From Balanoglossus misakiensis (lineage: Eukaryota; Animalia; Hemichordata), in assembly GCA_040954595.2 (NCBI GenBank), contig CM082598.2, positions 7,021,097-7,085,096 on the forward strand: a stretch of 64,000 nt of DNA, in the 5' to 3' direction. Positions within the stretch are counted from its first letter, which is position 1. The number at the start of each line of letters is the position of its first letter. This document shows, piece by piece, positions 49,721 to 60,400 of this stretch. The translations under genes and the position numbers were made by a program. The notes beneath the pieces are model-generated. The model saw only the letters and a list, made by a program, of their open reading frames with translations. It was not told the origin of the DNA and did not search any database.

Positions 49721-52700
49721 TAATGTTATTGATTCTTTAATAGGCCACGCCAATGAAACTGAAATTGTGTTGGAAGGATCCTCGTGTATTGCGCTGATAG
49801 ACACCGGGTCCATGGTATCTACTGTTGCTGACACTTTTAACAGAGAGAAGCTACAGAAACCAATTCATGACCTGAACAACTTGGTGAAGGTAGAAGGGGC
49901 TAGTGGTACAGAAGTTCCTTACCTTGGTTATATTGAAGTTGAAGTGAAATTCCCAGATAGCCATGGACAAGAGATGTCTAAAGATATATTATTGCTTGTT
50001 GTTGAAGACACGGAATATAATCAGATGGTTCCAGTTGTGATAGGCACAAATGTTCTCCAACATTTTGTGGATGAAGATACACAGTACAGTACAGACCTAT
50101 CCTCAGTATGGAGACTAGCATACCAAGCGACTATCCACCGGCAGAGGGCCGAAGGTAGGACATTTACAGTTACCACTACTAAACCCACAACCATTGGACC
50201 ATACGAACGCACAGTCATCCATGGATTTTGCAGAGTGGACCTAAGAAATTGTCAATCAGTAGTTGTGGTGGAACCAGAAAATGACAGACTTTTACCTGGT
50301 GGTTTACTTGTTACTCCAGCCGTGTTGAAGTTAGAGCCTCGTGGTAATTCGTGTCGAATCCCAGTAATGGTGACCAACTATGGAGCACGTGCTGTCACAG
50401 TTCCCCCTCAAAGCACCCTATGTAACATGAACTTAGCATCTAATGTCTCACAGCCTTTAGATCCATATGGAGATGATATTGATACAAACTCAGATGGGAC
50501 CACCTCACCAAAAGTACCCGATTGGCTGATAAAAGACCTGGGATTACAAGAGGCAGATACAGAATTAACAGAAATCCAGAAAGACCAAGCCTTGGCTACC
50601 ATTGGTAAATGGCAAACCGTGTTCTCTACAGGTGAGAGAGATTTGGGACACACAACATTGGTAACACATTCGATAAAGTTAACGGATGAAACCCCCTTTA
50701 AAGATAAATACCGTCGAATCCCTATGGGTATGTACGAAGAATTGCAACAGTACCTGCAAGATATGCTACAGAGTGGTGTGATTAGAGAATCAAACAGCCC
50801 GTGGTCCTCAAATGTTGTATGTGTCAGAAAACCTGATGGGAAGCTGAGGGTGTGTATTGATTATAGACGTCTCAACGCCAAAACCATTAAAGACGCTTAC
50901 GCATTACCCCGGGTATTGGATACGCTTGATAACCTTAGTAACGCCGAGTGGTTTTCATCGCTTGATCTACGGTCTGGATATTACCAAGTAGAGATGGCGG
51001 AAGACGACAAAGCGAAGACAGCTTTCACGGTGGGAAACTTCGGCTTATTTGAATTCAACCGTATGTCTATGGGTCTGACCAACGCACCTGCAACTTTCCA
51101 GCGTCTCATGGAGAAGTGTTTTGGAGAATTGGCGTTCAGAGAATGTTGTGTGTATTTAGATGACATCATAGTATTTTCGAAGACTTTTGAAGACCACCTC
51201 AATAGATTGGAGCGGGTATTCCAGCGGCTGGCATCACATGGATTAAAGTTGAAGGCAACGAAATGTGTTTTATTCCAGAAGAAGGTGAAATATCTTGGAC
51301 ACGTGGTATCAGCCGACGGAATTACAACGGACCCAGACAAGGTAGCAGCTCTGAAGGAATGGCCAATACCCACTACTGTAACAGAACTGAGAAGATTTCT
51401 TGGATTTGCAGGGTATTACAGGAGATTTATCCAAAGCTACAGTAATATTGCCAAGCCACTTAACGACTTGCTGTGTGGACGTCAGTCAAGGAATAAGGCG
51501 GGAAAATTTGAAAAACTCCAGTGGGGACAACAGGAACAACAAGCTTTCGACACTCTGAGGAAGAGCCTAATGTCGTCACCAATACTAGCCTTTGCTGACT
51601 ACTCACTTCCATTTGAAATACATACTGATGCAAGTTCCACAGGTCTGGGAGCAGTGCTGTATCAACGCCAGAAAGGTATTCTCAGAGTAATTGCCTATGC
51701 AAGTAGAGGACTCACCAAGTCTGAAAGTAATTATCCAGCTCATAAATTAGAATTTTTGGCACTGAAATGGGCCGTCACCAAGAAGTTCAACGACTACCTG
51801 TATGGAAGCAAATTCACTGTGTTTACAGACAACAACCCTTTGACGTATGTGTTAACTTCTGCGAAACTGGATGCGGTGGGACACAGATGGTTGTCAGACT
51901 TGTCATTGTACGACTTCTCTATTGTTTACCGGAGTGGTAAGAAGAATATAGAGGCTGACGCTTTGTCTAGGATTCCATGGAATAGAGAGAATCCAGAGAC
52001 GGAAACCAATCTGGGAGCCGATGTAGTCCAGGCGCTTTGTCGAGCAACAGAAGGTCCATACGTAACTTCATTCGGAATGGTAGTAGATGAGGACAGACCT
52101 GCAGTAGTTCAAGGTGGGGATGATGTGTTCTGGAAGACGGAGCAGTCCAAAGATTCAACAATACGGTATGTGACTGATCAGCTTGAAAAGGACCACAAAC
52201 CACTTATGAGAGATCATACAGGAGATATCAGACTACTTATACGAGATTGGAAACGCCTTGTTCTGAAGAATGGAGTCCTATACAGGAAATGCTTCATCGA
52301 TGATATACAATATTTGCAACTTGTCTTACCAGTACACCATAGAAAAGATGTCCTGGAGGAACTACATGATAAACTTGGACACTTTGGCCAAGATAAAACC
52401 CTGGATCTGGTACGACGAAGATTCTACTGGCCTAGGATGTCGATGGATGTTCAAAAGAAAGTGAAACATTGTTTACCATGCATTCGCAGGAAAAGTTCAA
52501 CTTCATTACCCAGAACTCCCTTGGTTAATATTCACACATCACAACCGATGGAAATGGTATGCATCGACTTTCTCCATATACCAACACCAGATCAAGGATA
52601 TAGCAACATATTAGTGATGACGGACCATTTCACTCGATACGCTATAGCAGTACCTACAAAGAACCAGTCTGCCAAAACAACTGCCAAAGCATTGTTTGAA

Positions 52701-53915
52701 CATTTGATTTTGCATTATGGGTTCCCAGGACGATTACACAGTGACCAGGGGCGAAACTTTGAGTCGTCTACAATTCAGGAACTTTGCCGAATAGCTAATA
52801 TTAAGAAGTCCAGGACCACTCCATACCACCCCCAGGGAAATGGAATGTGCGAACGATTTAATAAGACGTTATTACAGATGCTTGGAACTATGAATGAAGA
52901 CAACAAAACAAGATGGGCTTCACATGTCAATACGATGGTTCATGCCTATAATTCTACAAAGCATGAAAGCACCGGATATTCACCTTTCTTTTTGATGTTT
53001 GGTCGTGAACCAAGACTGCCTATAGATGTATCTGGACATGCAGACCAGACCAACCTAGAATATGGTGGACCAGTTTCAGATTATGTGACGAAACTTGCCG
53101 AACGGTTGGATTACGCCTATAAAGTAGCAACGGAACGGTCTGTTAAGTCTGGTGAACGGCAGAAGAAGTCATATGATAGAAAAGTGAAGGTGGCCATAAT
53201 ACAACCTGGTGATACTGTGTTGGTGAAGAATACAGGACCTAAAGACAATTACAAATTGGCAGACCAATGGGAAAAGGATCCATATACAGTGATTTCACAG
53301 CCCATAGAAGACATTCCAGTATACGTGGTACAAAAACAAGTTAAGGGTGGAAGGAAGCGGACACTACATAGAAATTTGCTACTCCCAATACCAATAATTC
53401 CGGACGAACTGGATGACGATGTTAACACCAAGATGACGCAGCGTGATGTTAAGCAGAGTGTACCGGGTGTTATCAACGATGCTACCCAGGATGCAGTGGA
53501 CGAAGAGGATGACGGCATTGGCAAATTGCAATTCGTGTCAACTATCAACTTGCCAACAGAACACAATGCTCTTAATCCTACTGCTGCAGAATTCATCCCA
53601 TCCAGAAGAGAAAGTTCCCTGATGGACAACCCCACAAGTATGGTTAATCCGGATGGACCTTCTCAAGTACTTACCTCAGATTTCTCGAATCATATTTTGC
53701 AAAGTACGGATGGTTGGTCATCGAGCGATCCAGATGGTATCACTCCTGCTACAACCAACATCAGTCCTGACTCCAGTAGTAGTACTCAACCTGAACCACG
53801 CTATCCTACACGACAGAGACGACCTCCAGATAGATATAGTCCCGAACAATGGAATCTAAAACAGTTTGCTCATACGACTTTATCTTCTATACCATTTATT
53901 AATTGCCACTATTAA
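49656..53915 (+). CDS. pol: Gypsy Pol polyprotein (protease, RT, RNase H, integrase)
   Basis: LIDTGS; RVCIDYRRLN; YLDD; HTDAS; HDKLGH..CLPC zinc finger; IDFL / SDQGRNF / ERFN DDE integrase; terminal RQRRPPDRY. No chromodomain seen. Confidence 0.97.
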   Translation, partial: FKWGATRHPEGHALGRNGNSPSNVIDSLIGHANETEIVLEGSSCIALIDTGSMVSTVADTFNREKLQKPIHDLNNLVKVEGASGTEVPYLGYIEVEVKFPDSHGQEMSKDILLLVVEDTEYNQMVPVVIGTNVLQHFVDEDTQYSTDLSSVWRLAYQATIHRQRAEGRTFTVTTTKPTTIGPYERTVIHGFCRVDLRNCQSVVVVEPENDRLLPGGLLVTPAVLKLEPRGNSCRIPVMVTNYGARAVTVPPQSTLCNMNLASNVSQPLDPYGDDIDTNSDGTTSPKVPDWLIKDLGLQEADTELTEIQKDQALATIGKWQTVFSTGERDLGHTTLVTHSIKLTDETPFKDKYRRIPMGMYEELQQYLQDMLQSGVIRESNSPWSSNVVCVRKPDGKLRVCIDYRRLNAKTIKDAYALPRVLDTLDNLSNAEWFSSLDLRSGYYQVEMAEDDKAKTAFTVGNFGLFEFNRMSMGLTNAPATFQRLMEKCFGELAFRECCVYLDDIIVFSKTFEDHLNRLERVFQRLASHGLKLKATKCVLFQKKVKYLGHVVSADGITTDPDKVAALKEWPIPTTVTELRRFLGFAGYYRRFIQSYSNIAKPLNDLLCGRQSRNKAGKFEKLQWGQQEQQAFDTLRKSLMSSPILAFADYSLPFEIHTDASSTGLGAVLYQRQKGILRVIAYASRGLTKSESNYPAHKLEFLALKWAVTKKFNDYLYGSKFTVFTDNNPLTYVLTSAKLDAVGHRWLSDLSLYDFSIVYRSGKKNIEADALSRIPWNRENPETETNLGADVVQALCRATEGPYVTSFGMVVDEDRPAVVQGGDDVFWKTEQSKDSTIRYVTDQLEKDHKPLMRDHTGDIRLLIRDWKRLVLKNGVLYRKCFIDDIQYLQLVLPVHHRKDVLEELHDKLGHFGQDKTLDLVRRRFYWPRMSMDVQKKVKHCLPCIRRKSSTSLPRTPLVNIHTSQPMEMVCIDFLHIPTPDQGYSNILVMTDHFTRYAIAVPTKNQSAKTTAKALFEHLILHYGFPGRLHSDQGRNFESSTIQELCRIANIKKSRTTPYHPQGNGMCERFNKTLLQMLGTMNEDNKTRWASHVNTMVHAYNSTKHESTGYSPFFLMFGREPRLPIDVSGHADQTNLEYGGPVSDYVTKLAERLDYAYKVATERSVKSGERQKKSYDRKVKVAIIQPGDTVLVKNTGPKDNYKLADQWEKDPYTVISQPIEDIPVYVVQKQVKGGRKRTLHRNLLLPIPIIPDELDDDVNTKMTQRDVKQSVPGVINDATQDAVDEEDDGIGKLQFVSTINLPTEHNALNPTAAEFIPSRRESSLMDNPTSMVNPDGPSQVLTSDFSNHILQSTDGWSSSDPDGITPATTNISPDSSSSTQPEPRYPTRQRRPPDRYSPEQWNLKQFAHTTLSSIPFINCHY

Positions 53916-53974
53916 TCAAATATCTTTAACTTACTTTAAATGACGAGGACGCCATTTCTCCTCGCAGGGGTGCG

Positions 53975-54361
53975 TGTAACGGCCTTGTTGATCCATTGAA
54001 TTTGTATACATGTATATCTGTATGTATGTTATACCTGTATCTTATAGTAATTAGTTATTCAATTATTCATATGACGTAATAGTACTTACCTTCAATTGGT
54101 TGATCTTAATTATATGCAAACCACCTGGAAGTTTCATTTGACCAATGAACACAAGCTAATCTGGCACTATGATGTAATTGCTGATATAAAAGGACATGGT
54201 GCATAAAATTGGTCAGTTCACCTCTGTAGCCAGACCGGCCACACACGTTGGAACTGACATGTATTTGTTCCATTTCAGTTATTAAATGTAAGGCCTATGT
54301 CTTTGTTACCCGTAACCTGTTTGGTGTGAATATGTTGGAATGAACGGCGACAACCGTGACA
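53975..54361 (+). repeat. 3' LTR
   Basis: Copy of 46800-47186, preceded by a short purine-rich GCAGGGGTGCG (weak PPT). Confidence 0.96.
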
Positions 54362-54690
54362 GTAGTAAAACTGTGAACCGCTGCCCGAGGGAAATTATGC
54401 AGCTCGTGAAGGGTGGCTAAACTGTTAAGGTAGCTTTTATGCGTACCAACGTTGTGTATCGTCGATGAAAGGAACTCAACAAAACAGTTAATAGTCTCAT
54501 GTGAGGCCGGCACTGGTGTCAGCTTCAGGACAACACAGAAGGAAAAATATGTTTTCCAGTGAGATTGCAGGTTGCGTAGTGTACCTGGTGCATAAGCGGA
54601 GGCTACTCGTTGACTAACCCTGGACTTAAGGGCTGCACATAGGGGGTGACTGTTTATTCCTCCTGAAACAGAGTGAGAGGAAATTACCAT
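54362..54690 (-). pseudogene. Tyrosine recombinase, N-terminal (core-binding) part
   Basis: SAYAPGTLRNLQSHWKTYFSFC..FVEFLS..KSYLNSLATLH. Removing the Gypsy and one GTAG restores HSFTTNLLLRSIGR in frame with the 46799 fragment. Its ATG overlaps the end of pol. Confidence 0.88.
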
Positions 54691-56300
54691 GAGTGGGTTA
54701 AGTTGTACATGTCATCTGTGATGGGACAGTCGATTATATCTGCAGTAGTTGTCAATGTATAAAATTGTCGCTGGTAGGACGGGGAAAGGGACCAACGGCT
54801 CAAGAGGTCGGCCGTGCGGTTGTCAATACCAGATATATGCACAGATTTCAATTCGAATGAATGTGTTGCTGCGATAAACCACAATTCTCGCAGGTAGGTT
54901 AACATTGTGGGGTCACGGCAGGATCCGGAATTTATCCCATGGACTGTAGGTTCGTTATCACGCTGGATCAGGATGCGTTTATGTTTGAGATGTGCAGTCC
55001 ATAATTTACAGGCAAGGACTACACCAAGTAATTCTAGTGCTGAAATGTGTAAATTCTGATCGGTAATGGCCTCAGGAAATGTGGTGTGGAAATACTCTTT
55101 GCCGCATGTGCCTCCTGCACCTTGTAGGCAGGCGTCTGTTGTCAGGATCTGATCAGGTGTAGACCAGTCTTCTTCTGGTATGTATGACACACCATTGTAC
55201 AGCGGTAAGTAATATCTCCACCAATCAATGTCTTTCTTCAGTTCTTTGTTAATGTGAAAGTGATGGTGATTGCGTTGAAGTTTGCGTAAGATGCTAAGTA
55301 GTCTGGCGATAAAAACCCTGCAGGGGCGGACGCACGCTGCGAGAAAGGCAAGTTTCCCTATAAGAGATTGCAGGTCACGTTTCTTGGCACGGCGTCTCTC
55401 CATCCAAGTGTCCAGGATGGGCAATACTTCAGATATCTTGCCTTGTAGTACGCTGATAGTCATGTCAACTGTGTTGAAGAGCCTGCCAAGAAAAACCATC
55501 TCTGTTGCAGGAGCACATGCTTTTTCTTTCGATTCATCTAAGCCGAGCTCGGACAAGATTGTGCCAAGGTGAGTGAAAGCCTCAGAAGCTTTGTTGCTAG
55601 TATCTGCTCCACCAAAGTCATCTATGTAATTGACACAGTCGTAACCGTCTTGGTGAAAAATAAAGGACACCGCATTAGTCGTCCTCTGACAGGCAACGGA
55701 GGCAGACCGGAGACCAAAAGGTAATACAGTATCGCAGTATAATTTGTTATCCCATTTGAAACCAATCAAGTGGTAGTCGCTGGTGTCAACTGGTATCTGA
55801 CAGTAAGCACGATGAATGTCACGTTTGAACATTAAGCATCCGCGGCCTTTTGATTTGATGATTGCAGTGAATGAATCAATTGCAGGATAAGAGAGCGAGA
55901 AGGGGGCATCCAAATAGGTATCTTTGGGAATGCCATCATTTACAGAAAAACCGTGAGAAAGCTCAAGTCGTAAACAAATCTTCGTTTACCATTCGAACCT
56001 TTCTTTTCCACAGTTTGGAGTGGCGATAAACATAATGGTCTGGTATTGAAGGGGGATTCAGTGAATGGGCCAAGGGTTGCACCGAGGCTGGTTTCCTTGT
56101 TGATGAAAGTTTGTACTGCGAGTGCATGCTGAATGGTGGACTTGTGATTGGTATGTGTGGAATGTGGTAACTGTGATTTTGTATAACCAAATGGGCCAGC
56201 CGAATTCTAAGAAATCACAAATGGCTGCGTCGGGGTAATTTTTGAGTTTGGCACGCCAAATAGGGATTTTAGGGTTAGTATTGACTGGTGTCTTGATACC
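54684..56300 (-). pseudogene. pol: YR-retrotransposon RT/RNase H; open 54684-55913, upstream part frameshifted
   Basis: KRDIHRAY, LPFGLRSA, NYIDDFGG, LQSLIGKL, TTDACLQGAGG, HISALEL, DN, NRTADLLSR. The upstream DFLEFGWPI and SPLQTV motifs lie in other frames. Confidence 0.9.
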
Positions 56301-56523
56301 TTGGTAGTTATAAATAGCCATCATCTGACTCATAACAGTTATTGGGTAACTGAGAATCACATTCACAGGTACTATCATTGTTACAAAGATTGTGGTAAGG
56401 CATTTCGCAGTTACAATCAGTGACAGTGGTGGTTTGAGTAGAAATATCTCTTGTGGATACATAATTCTGTGCTGTTTGAACCACCGTATTACACAGTGTG
56501 ACTGAACTGACACTAACCTGAGG

Positions 56524-57460
56524 TTAAGCGTGATTGTCATGTCTCTTATTCTGGTTTGCCTTCTCGGCGCGGTACTTCGGGTCGCTGAAAGGACATTTGG
56601 CCTTGCTGTGATCAGCTGATTTATTGCGGAATTTTAGACAGGCGCTACAAACATGATTTGTTGCCGTCCTGACAAGAGTCATCATTGTTAAAGGCCCAGC
56701 GGTATTGGGGTTGGTCGGTACTGGTAGTGGGAGATCTTGTCTTCCGTTTTGTCTTTTCGGCTGCTCTGGGGAAGAGGAAAACTACCTTCAGGTCGCTTGG
56801 TTCTTCACCCCAAATCCGGCGACCGCTTTCTATATCTTGTAGGTATGCGCCATGGTATTTTAGGACTGCGTCCCACGGGTAAACGGCGGCGTACTTCATG
56901 AGATGACGCGGGCGTTGTGATTTCTCGGTGGCGTTGATATTCTCGGACAGAAGAATGGAGGTGAAGCCTTCGACGAATTCGTTGATGGTCATGGAGTCGT
57001 ATGTCATTTCTTTTCCAGATCCGATGGGTCTGGGTTGAGCTGCCATGTGGGGCCAGTCGACGGGAACAGTAGCATTATCCTTTCTTGTTTGATAGCGTTT
57101 TGACTTACCACTGGGTTGTTGTTGTTGTTGGTGGTGTCCTTGTAAGGCCGATGGGATGAACTGTCGCTGAGTTGCTTGTAGTTCCTGCTGAAGGGACGCA
57201 TATGCCTTTATCAGGTCGCGTAGTTGTGCTACGTCGTTGGGTATGCGCTGGTCAACTGGGGCCGCTGGCGGGAAAATTGTATCAAAATTTGACACATTAG
57301 CATCACTTGGCGCCTTCGGTTTTAGAGTGCGAATTTCACCTAGTACATCGGAGAAACTGGTTTGTAGCTGAGAAAAAGCGACTCATAGATCAGCGACGTC
57401 GTGATCCAGTGAGGCAGAAGTGACCGGCTTTCTATCAGGAGTAGTACCAGTAGTCAATGG
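56524..57460 (-). pseudogene. gag: gag/ORF1 remnant of the second YR element
   Basis: ORF 56645-57295 (DWPH..YDSMTINEFVEGF..HLMKYAAVYPWDAVLKYH..DIESG). After a frameshift, HVCSACLKFRNKSADHSKAKC (C-x2-C-x8-H-x4-C) ends at TAA near 56524. 5' end missing. Confidence 0.7.
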
Positions 57461-57466
57461 ATGATG

Positions 57467-60400
57467 CGATTTTTGATAAAAATCATGGGTTATAGTATAG
57501 CTCATGAAAATCATCAAAAAATGACAATTTTCCAACTTTGCAAAATCTCAAAATTTCGTAAATTTTTGAAAAAAGATCATGGTTATATCTCATGAAAATC
57601 ATCAAAAAAATGACAATTTTTCAACATTGCAAAATCTCATAATTTCGTAAATTTTTGAAAAAAATCATGGGTAATAGATCATCAAAATTATCAAACAATG
57701 ACAATTTTTTCGAATATGCAAAATCTCAAAATTTCGTCAATTTTCAGAAAAAAACATGGGTCATGAAAATCATCAAAAAATTGCAATTTTTCGACTTTGC
57801 GAAATCTCAAAAATGCGAAAAAAATCATGGGTTTATAGCTCTTGAAAATCATCAAAAAATGACAATTTGTCGACTTTGCGAAATCTCAAATATTAGTTGA
57901 TTGTTGAAAAAAATCATGGGTTGTATATAGCTCATGAAAATCATCAAAAAAATGACAATTTTTTTACTTTGCAAAACCTCAAAATTTCGTCAATATTTGA
58001 AAAAAAATCATGATCATACGTAATGAAAATCATCACAAAATGACAGTTTTTCAACTATGCTAAATCTCAAAATTTCTTCGATTTTTGAAAAATATCATTG
58101 GGTCATATATAGCTCATGAAAATCATAAAAAATGAAACATTTTCGAATTTGCGAAATCATTGCGAATCGTCGATTTTTGAAAAAAATAATCATGGGTTAT
58201 AGCTTATGAAAACCATCAAAAAATGACAATTTTTCAACTTTGCGAAATCTCAAAATTTCGTAAATTTTTGAAAAAAATCATGGTTATATCACATGAAAAT
58301 CATCAAAAAATGACAATTTTTCAACTTTGCAATATCTCAAAATTTCGTCGATATTTGAAAAAAATCATGGGTTGAAAATCATCAAAAAATGACAATTTTT
58401 CAACTTTGCAAAATCTCAAAGTGTCGTAAATTTTTGAAAAAAACATGGCTCATAGATCATGAAATCATCAAAAAATGACAATTTTTTAGACTTAGCAAAA
58501 TCTCAAAATTTCGTAAATTTTTGAAAAAAATCATGGGTTGAAAGTCATGAAAAAATGACAATTTTTCAACTTTGCAATATCTCAAAATTTCGTCAATATT
58601 TGAAAAAAATCATGGGTTTAAAATCATCAAAAAATGAAAATTTTTCAACTTTGCAAAATCTCAAAGTGTCGTCAATTTTTGAAAAAAACATGGCTCATAG
58701 ATCATGAAATCATCAAAAAATGACAATTTTTTCGACTTTGCAAAATCTCAAAATTTCGTCGATTTCTGAAAAAAAATATGGGTTACAGATCATGAATATC
58801 ACCAAAAATTACAATTGTTTACTTTACAAAATCTCAAAATTTCGTCAATTGTTGAAAAAAATCACGGGTTGAAAGTCATGAAAAAAATGACAATTTTAGA
58901 ACTTTGCAAAATCTCAAAATTTCGTCAATATTTGAAAAAAATCATTGGTTATAGATCATGAAAATCATCAAAAAATGAAAATGTTTCAACTTTGCAAAAT
59001 CTCGAAATTTCGTAAATTTTTGAAAAAATCATGGGTTATAGATCATGAAAATCATCAAAAAATGACATTTTTTTTCGACTTTGCAAAATCTCAAAATTTC
59101 GTCGATTTCTGAAAAAAAACATGGGTATTAGATCATGAAAATCATAAAAAAATTACATTTTTTTACTTTGCAAAATCTCAAAATTTCGTCAATTTTTGAA
59201 AAAAAATCATGGGTTAAAAATCATCAAAAAATGACAATTTTTTAACTTTGCAAAATCTCGAAAGTTCGTAAATTTTTGAAAAAAATCATGAGTTATAGAT
59301 CATGAAAATCATCAAAAAATGACAATTTTTTTCTTTGCAAAATATCAAAAAAATTCAATTCTTGAAAAAAATCATGGGTTGAAAATCATCAAAAAATTAA
59401 AATTTTTCAACTTTGCAAAATCTCAAAATTTCGTCAATTTTTGAAAAAAATCATGGGTTTAAAATCATCAAAAAATTAAAATTTTTCAACTTTGCAAAAT
59501 CTGAAAATTTCGTCGATTTCTGAAAAAAATCATGGGTTGAAAATCATCAAAAAATGACAATTTTTCAACTTTGCAAAATGTCAAAATTTCGTCGATTTTT
59601 GAAAAAAATAATGGGTTGAATATCATCTAAAAATGAAAATTTTTCAACTTTGCAATATCTCATCATTTCGTCAATATTTGAAAAAAATCATGGGTTGAAA
59701 ATCATGAAAAAGTGACAATTTTAGAACTTTGCAAAATCTCATAATTTCGTCAATATTTGAAAAAAATCATTGGTTATAGATCATGAAAATCATCAAAAAA
59801 TGAAAATTTTTCAACTTTGCAAAATCTCAAAAAAATCGTCAATTATTGAAAAAAATCATGGGTTTAAAATCACCAAAAAATGGCAATTTTTCAACTTTGC
59901 AAAATCTCAAAATTTCGTAAATTTTTGAAAAAAATCATGGGTTATACATCATGAAAATCATAAAAAATGACAATTTTTTCGACTTTGCAAAATCTCAAAA
60001 AATTCGTCAATTATTGAAAAAAATCATGGGTTGAAAATCATCAAAAAATTACAATTTTTCAACTTTACAAAATCTCAAAATTTCGTCAATATTTGAAAAA
60101 AAAATCATGATTATACGTAATGAAAATCATCACAAAGTGACAGTTTTTCAACTATGCTAAATCTCAAAATTTCTTCGATTTTTGAAAAATATCATTGGGT
60201 TATATATAGCTCATGAAAATCATGAAAAATTAAACATTTTCGAATTTGCGAAATCATTGCGAATCGTCGATTTTTGAAAAAAATAATCATGGGTTATAGC
60301 TTATGAAAACCATCCAAAAATGACAATTTTTCAACTTTGCGAAATCTCAAAATTTCGTAAATTTTTGAAAAAAAATCATGGTTATATCACATGAAAATCA

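Larger units (their letters stand above)
46800..54361 (+). mobile_element. Full-length, intact Ty3/Gypsy LTR retrotransposon
   Basis: 387-bp TG..CA LTRs, 4-bp TSD GTAG (46796-46799 and 54362-54365), PBS, and uninterrupted gag and pol in PR-RT-RH-IN order. Confidence 0.97.
45468..57466 (-). mobile_element. Second, decayed and 5'-truncated YR retrotransposon (split-repeat type, Ngaro/PAT-like), interrupted by Gypsy
   Basis: gag, RT/RNase H and YR on the minus strand. 118-bp direct repeats at the 3' end (45468-45585, 45801-45918) bracket a putative A2. No A1 copy is visible at the 5' end. Confidence 0.85.

Noticed and set aside
47131-53859. Short antisense or alternate-frame ORFs within the Gypsy element, including a possible env
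   Set aside because: Shadow ORFs of gag/pol. There is no room for an env between the pol stop (53915) and the 3' LTR (53975).
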